Below, in pieces: positions 9,153-16,699 of a DNA stretch of 64,000 bases. The translations under genes were made by a program, and so were the position numbers. The stretch lies in sequence record NC_048792.1. The stretch is one strand, 5' to 3'. Each line of letters begins with the position of its first letter. The first letter of the stretch is position 1. Below the pieces are notes generated by a model, which worked only from the letters and a program-made list of their open reading frames with translations, ran no database searches and was not told the origin of the DNA.

Positions 9153-9482
9153 ATGTTACGGCGTGCGTACGATCTGGATAACGGGATTTATTCAGAAGCC
9201 TACGACAAAGCAACACCTTACTCTATTATTGAGATGAACCAAGTGGAGGCAGCAGCTAACAAAGGTAAGTTCGTAGAGCTACTGGAGTTCTTCCGTCTTC
9301 ATGAAGTAGGTAAGGAGCTAAATATGTCCTTTACTGAATTCATCAATCTCGATAACGACATAATCGAAACCATTAAGTTATGTTGCACGCGTTGGCGTTC
9401 AGAGGATGATAGTGCCACCCGTGAAGCATTGCAGAAAAGTGGGATCGACCCTAGGACGGGTAACCCTATTAAACCCGCGTAG
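9153..9482 (+). CDS. T-like / gp51-like chaperone domain, probably expressed as a frameshift fusion with 7366
   Basis: LNMSFTEFINLD resembles tail-chaperone C-terminal domains. The SD is poorly spaced, and the frame is open 174 nt upstream of the ATG. Confidence 0.6.
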   Translation: MLRRAYDLDNGIYSEAYDKATPYSIIEMNQVEAAANKGKFVELLEFFRLHEVGKELNMSFTEFINLDNDIIETIKLCCTRWRSEDDSATREALQKSGIDPRTGNPIKPA

Positions 9483-9489
9483 CGATAAT

Positions 9490-9509
9490 GCCGCTTGGAA
9501 ACAGGCGGC
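9490..9509 (+). terminator. hairpin (GAAA loop), followed by TATG at 9516
   Basis: GCCGCTTG-GAAA-CAGGCGGC. Confidence 0.55.
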
Positions 9510-9546
9510 TAATCCTATGTAATAAACATACCTCAAGGAATTTGCC

Positions 9547-10209
9547 ATGAGCAAAAACAGACAAGACCGTATGCGTAGCCGTATGGCTGAAGCAAACGAA
9601 CTTTCGGATCAAGCCTCCAAAGTAGAGCAAGACCGAGTCAATACCCGCGAAGTACCGGAAGGCACCGACAGCGCTGCCAGCGTTGCTCAGGACTCTCCGA
9701 TTGGTGTATCTGTACAAACAGCTGCCCCTGAGCAAACAGCTCAGGTTAAGACTGTTGCTGACGTTTACGCCGGTAAGAGCGACACTGTTCGTTCTATCAT
9801 TATCCATCTGGAAACCTACACGCAGGAAATGGCGCCGGGTCGTTACATGACTCCTGACCAAATCCTGAGCAATCAGAAAATGCTGTTCCGCAATCTGCAG
9901 CAACTGGTTAACCTGCCAGACGCCGGCGAGTTCGCTATCTGCTTCAGCCGCCTGCTGAAACTGGTAAACGAAAACCGCAACAAAGCATTCGCTATCAACA
10001 TGGTGATGCGTAACATGTCTGCGATGCCTCAGGGCGATAACCAGCTGAACAACTACCGTTTCTTCCTGGACACGGTAATCGCGTTCTCTGATCCGGCACA
10101 TCGCCGTCTGAACATCAAAAAATGGAACCTGCAACAAGCGTCTCTGTTTGCCCTGCCGGCATTCCGTGATCGCCTGGCCGGATTCATTCGTGAGATCTGC
10201 GGCGAGTAA
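9547..10209 (+). CDS. conserved-type jumbo phage hypothetical protein
   Basis: 220-aa ORF with AAGGA SD and strong codon bias. Confidence 0.8.
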   Translation: MSKNRQDRMRSRMAEANELSDQASKVEQDRVNTREVPEGTDSAASVAQDSPIGVSVQTAAPEQTAQVKTVADVYAGKSDTVRSIIIHLETYTQEMAPGRYMTPDQILSNQKMLFRNLQQLVNLPDAGEFAICFSRLLKLVNENRNKAFAINMVMRNMSAMPQGDNQLNNYRFFLDTVIAFSDPAHRRLNIKKWNLQQASLFALPAFRDRLAGFIREICGE

Positions 10210-10215
10210 TAACGT

Positions 10216-10260
10216 CATATCCCCTCCTACAGACTTCGCGGTCTGTAGGAGGGATTTATG
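10216..10260. terminator. bidirectional hairpin terminator
   Basis: CTCCTACAGAC-TTCGCG-GTCTGTAGGAG flanked by CATA and TATG, between convergent genes. Confidence 0.8.
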
Positions 10261-10771
10261 CGTTCGCTTTAACGAAGGTAGACTTTGCTGCGTAGAACCC
10301 TAACTTAGTCAGGAATCCCATTAGTGAGACTGAGGATAGGTACCCAGAGATTTCAACCATAGACCAATCTTCGGCGTGGATGAATCCATCGACCAGATAG
10401 CGTCCAGCTCCTTTGTTTCGATGCTCAGGTAGAACAAATACCCGATCAATAATAATTTTCTTAATACCTTCATCCGTTGTTTCCTTTCTTGCATTAATGA
10501 AGCCAATTGGTAGCTCATTGTCATAAACAAAGTAATTGCGTCTAGTGACATCGTCACCCCAGTAATGAAGAATGTGTTCTCGATTGCCACCTAGGCTAAA
10601 CGGTCGATAACCAACCGATTCCTCTATAGCGACTTGGTATTCCTTGTAGGCTTCCTTTGCCAGTCGTGCGTATTGCAACTCTCGACGAGAGCCAAGTATC
10701 TTTCCAGACACTTCACGAAAAACAAGTAGGGTGGAACCCACCCTACGTTGTGTTCTTAACAAAGTTCGCAT
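10256..10771 (-). CDS. GNAT family acetyltransferase
   Basis: IDRVFVLPEHRNKGAGRYLV acetyl-CoA motif A, and FLTKLGF motif B. Coupled to the polymerase gene (TAATG). Confidence 0.75.
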   Translation of the reverse strand: MRTLLRTQRRVGSTLLVFREVSGKILGSRRELQYARLAKEAYKEYQVAIEESVGYRPFSLGGNREHILHYWGDDVTRRNYFVYDNELPIGFINARKETTDEGIKKIIIDRVFVLPEHRNKGAGRYLVDGFIHAEDWSMVEISGYLSSVSLMGFLTKLGFYAAKSTFVKANA

Positions 10772-12516
10772 TAAGCGATACCTTTAGCTGCTTTGAATCG
10801 TTGCAGTAATTGCATAGCCGTCGGAGCGTTACAAACATTGACCATGATATCAACCGAGTTAACTTTACCAGAGACTAAGTTAAGACCTGCACGTCGTTGT
10901 TCTTCCATACTGACACCACGGATACGACACATTGCCCACTTGGTAGTTTCCTGAGACAAGTTCATCCAAACACCAGTAGACGGATAAGAAGACTTAACGT
11001 CGATATCCAGAACCCAACGAATGATCTTAGTGACCGAGTTAGGCATGTCTTCCAGTAGTTTGTTACCCATGTCAGGGTGAACCATGTGAGCCGATAGCGT
11101 AGAGATCCAACCGTCCAACGGAACGAGATGTTTATCCATCTCTTTTTCCATCTTATCGGAAACACCACTCAAGATATAACCACGATCCAGTAAGTCGAAG
11201 TAGAAGTCATCTGCTAACTTACGGCCTTGAGAACCATAAGAGTGCAAATCACTGTAACCACATTGAGCCGGGAAGGTGGAACGTAAGTCGAGTGTTACTT
11301 CGTCCAACAATTGTGCACCGATGTTATCGAACATGTTGTACACGCAATAAAAGATCTTGTTGTGACGTTGCATGTGTTTGTGCCAGTCCAGGCCTGTCGC
11401 GCGTAGATCGCCATCGCCTTTTAACTTACCAAACCCAAAGGTCTTCTCCAAGATTTTACCCAAGGCATAAGAGGACTCTTTGTTAAGGTGTTTACGTACA
11501 GCACGACGAACAGACATCTGGTCGACCCAGAAGAAGTTACTAGGGCAGTGAACTTTGTGCCAACGGTCACACGGGTCTTTTGACTCAGCAACACCGTTTG
11601 CATCAAATACCTTAGCCGCACCTTCAATCAATTTGAAGTAACGGAAGTCCTTAGGAACTTTAGGATCGCAGAAGATCTCTTCTGGAGTAAAACCACGACG
11701 CTCAATTGCCTGAATCATTTTACCGGTATCGTACGGTAAGTTCCAGATGGACAGCATATCAGGCTTAAGAACGTTGTGCAATTTATCGAAGATCGCTTGA
11801 ACTGCTTCGAACTCATCGTCGACAATCTCGACGTGGATATTAAAGTCGTGAACAATGCCACGTTTAGAGAAGAAGTCAAATCCTTCTTTACGATTATCGA
11901 TTTCATGTAGAATAGGTTTTACTTCACGCTCGTAACACGCCTTAACCTCTTCGACGAAGTTAGGGTTTGTTCCGGCGTAGTGTTTGGTAACGAATTGATA
12001 AACTTCATTACCGCATGACACAGAGATCATGTTGATCTTGTTAGTACCGTAAGTCACATCGAATTCGATATCGAGGTGAGCAACACGATACTCTGACTTT
12101 AAGTCAGGATACTTGTTCATGTAAGCGTGCTTAAGAAGAACCGTAGAGGTTACATCCGTACCATAAAGGTAAGGGTTACGGTTTAACATCTTAAGGCCGC
12201 CACGCATTTTCAATTTACGTTGAATGTCACCGACCATTTCAGCCTGAGTACATTCATAACGACGAACGTTATCCAGTTTCTCCCAGACACGTTTGTCTTT
12301 GTGACGACGTTGAGATTCCAGCGTAATGAAATAAGGACGCTGGTAGTTACGGATGAAGCGAAGGTTAGGTAACTTACGTCCATCCTTCAAGTGAACTACT
12401 TCTTTAATGACTACTAAGTCATCGGAATAACTATCTTGCTTTGGTGCGTAAGACGCGTGCTTGAACTCAAAACCAAGGATATCATCTTTGGTGAAAGCGG
12501 GTTTTACTTGAGACAT
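10771..12516 (-). CDS. split family-B DNA polymerase, 3'-5' exonuclease plus motif A half (phiKZ gp82-like)
   Basis: ExoI HLDIEFD, ExoII IWNLPYD, ExoIII YNMFD, and PolB motif A LDIDVKSSYPS. No motif B or C. Confidence 0.85.
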   Translation of the reverse strand: MSQVKPAFTKDDILGFEFKHASYAPKQDSYSDDLVVIKEVVHLKDGRKLPNLRFIRNYQRPYFITLESQRRHKDKRVWEKLDNVRRYECTQAEMVGDIQRKLKMRGGLKMLNRNPYLYGTDVTSTVLLKHAYMNKYPDLKSEYRVAHLDIEFDVTYGTNKINMISVSCGNEVYQFVTKHYAGTNPNFVEEVKACYEREVKPILHEIDNRKEGFDFFSKRGIVHDFNIHVEIVDDEFEAVQAIFDKLHNVLKPDMLSIWNLPYDTGKMIQAIERRGFTPEEIFCDPKVPKDFRYFKLIEGAAKVFDANGVAESKDPCDRWHKVHCPSNFFWVDQMSVRRAVRKHLNKESSYALGKILEKTFGFGKLKGDGDLRATGLDWHKHMQRHNKIFYCVYNMFDNIGAQLLDEVTLDLRSTFPAQCGYSDLHSYGSQGRKLADDFYFDLLDRGYILSGVSDKMEKEMDKHLVPLDGWISTLSAHMVHPDMGNKLLEDMPNSVTKIIRWVLDIDVKSSYPSTGVWMNLSQETTKWAMCRIRGVSMEEQRRAGLNLVSGKVNSVDIMVNVCNAPTAMQLLQRFKAAKGIA

Positions 12517-12653
12517 GTAAACCTCATCGAATAAAATAAAAATCTTCTACACCAATAGACCAAGACATTTTTTCCTACACCACCCCGCAAGACGGCCCTT
12601 TCTTGTGTAGCCCTATTTCCTTTATTGTACCTCAAAGAGGCGAGGAATTTGTA

Positions 12654-13976
12654 ATGAATAACCAGTGGTTTAAACCGGCTTCAGTCGTCTCTGTAGAGGC
12701 AATTGATTTCCAAACAGCTGATGTCTTGTGCCGTGAACTTGAAGTTCTCGTAGAGGAATATCGTTTCTCTAAAAGCAAAGACGTTCCAGCTGCCGAACGT
12801 AATAAAGTTTTCTCTGACCTGGCCGCGAAAGTAATCGGCAAACGTATTAAGGCTAAGAAAGTTACCGTCGAAGTTGTCAACACTGACTCGACTTATAACG
12901 CCTACGCCATGCCGCCAGATCTGGCTAAAAGCTCTGTTCTGATCAAAAGTTATTTCGGTCTGATGGAACAAGCATCTGCAGGTAAGAACGCAATCAAACG
13001 CGACGCTAACGCAATCGGTTGGGTTGATCTGCGCAAAGTAGAACTGGGCGGTATCTTCCAAGAGATCCCAATCCGTCTCGGCGTGTACAGCGCAGTCATC
13101 GGTAACGAGTACATGACTCCAGCCGAAGCTGTCGGCGTAATCATGCACGAAGTAGGTCACATCTTTACCTACTACGAAATGCTTTCTACTGCAATCTCCA
13201 CCGCGCTGGTATTGCAGGATTCTGTTAGTCGCCTGATGAAAACCAACAGCGACGAGCAGCGTGTTAAACTTGTCCACAAACTGGAAACTGATTACGACAT
13301 CCGTTTCGAAAATGCGAACGAGTTGGTAACGGCTGAGTCCACCGAAGTCATGACGGTTAACATCATGTCTGAGCTCAACGAGAAGATTCGTTCTGAGTTT
13401 GGTTCTACCATCTACGACAAACGTAGCTGGGAATCTATCTCTGACCAATTCGCCTCTCGCATGGGATGCACGGTAGCTCTAGCTACTGGCCTGGAGAAGA
13501 TCCTCCGTATGGGTGAAGCCTCCTCGTTCATGTCCGGATTCGCGTTCTATTCCCTGGAAGTAATTAAGACCATTCTGTTCCTGGGATCAATGGGTCTGGG
13601 TATTGCAGTTGGCCCTGCCGGCATCGCACTGAACGTCTTTATCCTTTCCTTGATGGCCATCGTCAACCCGCATGAGCGTCTTTACGACCGTCCGCGCGAA
13701 CGTATCATCCGTATGCGTAACGAAGTTGTCCTGAAGATGAAGAACAAAGATATCCCGGTTGAAATCCGTAAATCTCTGGCCGAAGACCTTCAGGTTATCG
13801 ACCACGTTCTGGAAGGTCTGACCGACCGTGAAACTTTCGTCGAGAAAGTATGGCTGCTGGTTTCGCCATCTACTCGCCGTCAGAAAAAGATTACCAAGGA
13901 ACTTCAGGAACTGGAGTCTCTGGTTAACAACAGCCTCTTTGCTCGTGCAAATTCATTAAAACTCCTGGAAGGGTAA
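12654..13976 (+). CDS. virion protein with M48-like zinc metallopeptidase motifs and a hydrophobic hairpin
   Basis: IMHEVGH (HExxH), ESISDQFASRMG...LATGLEKI, and a hydrophobic segment ILFLGSMGLGIAVGPAGIALNVFILSLMAIV. GAGG SD before the ATG at 12654. Confidence 0.6.
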   Translation: MNNQWFKPASVVSVEAIDFQTADVLCRELEVLVEEYRFSKSKDVPAAERNKVFSDLAAKVIGKRIKAKKVTVEVVNTDSTYNAYAMPPDLAKSSVLIKSYFGLMEQASAGKNAIKRDANAIGWVDLRKVELGGIFQEIPIRLGVYSAVIGNEYMTPAEAVGVIMHEVGHIFTYYEMLSTAISTALVLQDSVSRLMKTNSDEQRVKLVHKLETDYDIRFENANELVTAESTEVMTVNIMSELNEKIRSEFGSTIYDKRSWESISDQFASRMGCTVALATGLEKILRMGEASSFMSGFAFYSLEVIKTILFLGSMGLGIAVGPAGIALNVFILSLMAIVNPHERLYDRPRERIIRMRNEVVLKMKNKDIPVEIRKSLAEDLQVIDHVLEGLTDRETFVEKVWLLVSPSTRRQKKITKELQELESLVNNSLFARANSLKLLEG

Positions 13977-13982
13977 TTAACG

Positions 13983-14423
13983 ATGAACCGCCAATTCGTT
14001 CAAGAAGTAACTGCTACACTGACTAAGCAGGTCGGTGTAAAACGCTCCGCAGTGAGCCAGGCTCTGCTGCTTACTCTGGCCTACGGTCTGCTGATCCCGC
14101 CACAGATCTCGGAAGACCCAGCTGCTTATTACCAAGAACATTACGAAGACAAAGTACGTCGCTTCGTAAACGAGTTCAATGAGCGCTACCTGATCGACGT
14201 GGGTATGGTTATCGAAGGTACTCGCCAAGTCTGGCTTGATCGTTACCGCGCCAACTATATCCACGACGAAGGTCAGATCACCGACTTCCTGGCAGGGAAT
14301 AACCCAGGTCGTAAATATCTGATGAGCATGGATCAGACTCTGGAAGAATCTGCATCTATCGCCAAAGCGGCCGCTGTTCTTTACCCACAGATCTCCGCGT
14401 ATCTGATGGGTATCGATAAATAA
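13983..14423 (+). CDS. putative virion protein
   Basis: 146-aa ORF in the structural operon. Confidence 0.7.
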   Translation: MNRQFVQEVTATLTKQVGVKRSAVSQALLLTLAYGLLIPPQISEDPAAYYQEHYEDKVRRFVNEFNERYLIDVGMVIEGTRQVWLDRYRANYIHDEGQITDFLAGNNPGRKYLMSMDQTLEESASIAKAAAVLYPQISAYLMGIDK

Positions 14424-14438
14424 TAGAAGGATGAAATC

Positions 14439-15449
14439 ATGTCCTCAGCCTATCGTGCGTTGGATTCTAAAAGACCGCGCCTTTCTGGTCAGACTTTAGT
14501 TGACCTGAGTGACCTGGTAAAACGACGTCAACACACGGCCGTAGGAGAGGGTGATTCCTTCGGTAATAACGTAGGGTCGGTGTTAACTTCACTGACCTAT
14601 ATCGTTGACGGCCTGATGATATTCAGGAAAGTCGCCCCAGTCCTCTCAAAGCAGCGAGTGTTACTTTCTGAACTAACTGAGCTTTTACAGTTTGTCAGAA
14701 CCACTCGCCGCTTAACTGGAATTGAGTCTAACCCAGAACTACGGTCTTTAATCGATTCGCTGAATGTACATCGCACTTACTTCTTTGAAGGCATCTGCGA
14801 TAACTCAGCGACAGTTAAACCCTACCTTGATGCAGTTCTCTCAATGACCCGGTTAATCCCGGTTCTGAGCGATTGCAATAATTCGCTCTCAGCAGCCCTC
14901 ATTTATCCTTTCATCGATGACTCAGATGAAGTTCTAGGTAATGCCTTAGAGACGCTTAAAAACGTTTCTGAGAACGCCTACAACGTTAATTACGAGTCGA
15001 GTGGCCCTAACCTATTCAAACTAGGTAAGACCCTTCCTGAGTTATGGGAAGAGGAACTGGTCAATACTCCATCGATCGAAATCTCGTGGGCTAACGAGAA
15101 ACCCAACTTAGGGATCGTTGATCAACTCTTTAACCAGATCGGATCAGCTCCGCTGGAATCTGCGATCAGATCACTAAGTCAAGTCAGATCCCTCTACACG
15201 GTTCGCCCTGTGAACGAGGAGATTAAAAACGTGCTCTCTAAAGAGTACGGTAAACTGGCTTTGTCATGGGAAGCGATTGCAGATCGCGTACAGATTCTCT
15301 TGTACGTGGTATTGGGGATGTCTAACATCCTGGAGAAATCGGTAGAAGTGTCTGGCGTTTATTTGTTCCAGCAGTTTGAAGAAGACGAGCCCATGTTAAA
15401 CCTGGTTACTGCAAGGTGCGAACACCTTTTAGGAAACAAGAATGGATGA
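14439..15449 (+). CDS. hypothetical / putative virion protein
   Basis: 336-aa ORF with AGGA SD. It overlaps the next gene. Confidence 0.7.
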   Translation: MSSAYRALDSKRPRLSGQTLVDLSDLVKRRQHTAVGEGDSFGNNVGSVLTSLTYIVDGLMIFRKVAPVLSKQRVLLSELTELLQFVRTTRRLTGIESNPELRSLIDSLNVHRTYFFEGICDNSATVKPYLDAVLSMTRLIPVLSDCNNSLSAALIYPFIDDSDEVLGNALETLKNVSENAYNVNYESSGPNLFKLGKTLPELWEEELVNTPSIEISWANEKPNLGIVDQLFNQIGSAPLESAIRSLSQVRSLYTVRPVNEEIKNVLSKEYGKLALSWEAIADRVQILLYVVLGMSNILEKSVEVSGVYLFQQFEEDEPMLNLVTARCEHLLGNKNG

Positions 15450-16659
15450 GATAGTAAAGTCCGTTCCGGGTATCTTTAGCTTCATCGGTAGCGACGGTCG
15501 TGATTTGCGCGATCTCGCTATGGAACTCAATGACTCCTGGTCGATGTACATCGTTAAACGTAACGGTGACAACGCTCGGTTGTCTGAGTTAGAAAAGACC
15601 CTGGAAAAAATTAAACGTGAAGGTGCCGACCGCCAGAGCATGACCGCCCTTGAGTCCATGTCTGACTTTGGCCCACTGAACCCGCGTTACCCGCTCTCTA
15701 GTTACACGCTGAAACCGTCTATGACTAACTCCAACGTTGCAGTTGAAGAAGTCACTAGCCGTATCGTGGATGTCGTTAAGTCCATGATTAAGAACTTAGT
15801 GGAGTTTATCCGCAAAGCGCTTAAGATGATTAAAGAGCACCTGCCTAAGTTCATGAACCGCCGTAAGCAGCAAGCTGAGAAAGTGACTGAACGCATGGCG
15901 GAAGAAAAGCCAACTGACTTCGTGGCTAAAAACGAAGGCGAAGAAAACGATCAGCTCAAAGAGTTGGCTGGTAAGGTAGAAGGTGAGTTTAATCAGTTAC
16001 TGAATCACTTAACTGATTCTGCGGATCGGATGGTTGTTGAGTATAAACGTACTACCGATTCGTTCCACGGCTACCTGGTTGATGCAATTGATGAACTGAG
16101 TGACATTACCCAGATCATCGAATCACTGCAAGCCAACCGCAATGTTACTGAAAAGCAAATTGCCGACGTCCCTGAAAAGAGCGCGTACCAGATCAATGAG
16201 ATCAACCGCTTCTCTTCTTACCTCGGTACCAAAGTCGAAGATAACCGCGAAGCGATGCGCGCTATCCGCGACTGGATCAGTACAGCAGAAGAAAAGAGTG
16301 AACGTCTTGACGCTTACGACTTCGATCGTATCAAGCGAATGATGCATCACTTGGAAGAACTGCTGACTAACGATAAAGGCGCACTGTTCTACAGCGACCG
16401 TACCGTTAGTGCGTTGAAAGAACTTGGCGATCGTCTCGAAGATTCCGCTAGCAAGATGAACGATGCAGCTGACCGGATGCATCCTGATGCCAACAGCGAT
16501 TGGCCGGATGTCCGTAAGCTGATCAACAGCGTTGCCGGGATTAACGAACTGCACACTCGTGTTATTCGTTTCTTCGAGTTCGGCGATACCTTCTACAACC
16601 AAGGCTATCGTTTCTACGTTACCTTGGATGGCTGGTTGGCAAAAGCTGAGAAGAAATAA
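15442..16659 (+). CDS. putative inner-head protein (processed)
   Basis: TALE/S and VAVE/E sites followed by an amphipathic helix (IVDVVKSMIKNLVEFIRKALKMIKEHL), like the head paralogs at 23-31 kb. Confidence 0.6.
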   Translation: MDEIVKSVPGIFSFIGSDGRDLRDLAMELNDSWSMYIVKRNGDNARLSELEKTLEKIKREGADRQSMTALESMSDFGPLNPRYPLSSYTLKPSMTNSNVAVEEVTSRIVDVVKSMIKNLVEFIRKALKMIKEHLPKFMNRRKQQAEKVTERMAEEKPTDFVAKNEGEENDQLKELAGKVEGEFNQLLNHLTDSADRMVVEYKRTTDSFHGYLVDAIDELSDITQIIESLQANRNVTEKQIADVPEKSAYQINEINRFSSYLGTKVEDNREAMRAIRDWISTAEEKSERLDAYDFDRIKRMMHHLEELLTNDKGALFYSDRTVSALKELGDRLEDSASKMNDAADRMHPDANSDWPDVRKLINSVAGINELHTRVIRFFEFGDTFYNQGYRFYVTLDGWLAKAEKK

Positions 16660-16660
16660 A

Positions 16661-16695
16661 CATAGGCCAGAGGACCAAACGGTCCTCTGGCTATG
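16661..16695. terminator. bidirectional hairpin terminator
   Basis: CATAG-G-CCAGAGGACC-AAAC-GGTCCTCTGG-CTATG between convergent genes. Confidence 0.8.
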
Positions 16696-16699
16696 CTGT

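Noticed and set aside
12575-12610. Bulged stem CTACAC...GTGTAG in the polymerase/head divergent spacer as an ncRNA
   Set aside because: Weak and interrupted pairing, with no second copy or family resemblance.
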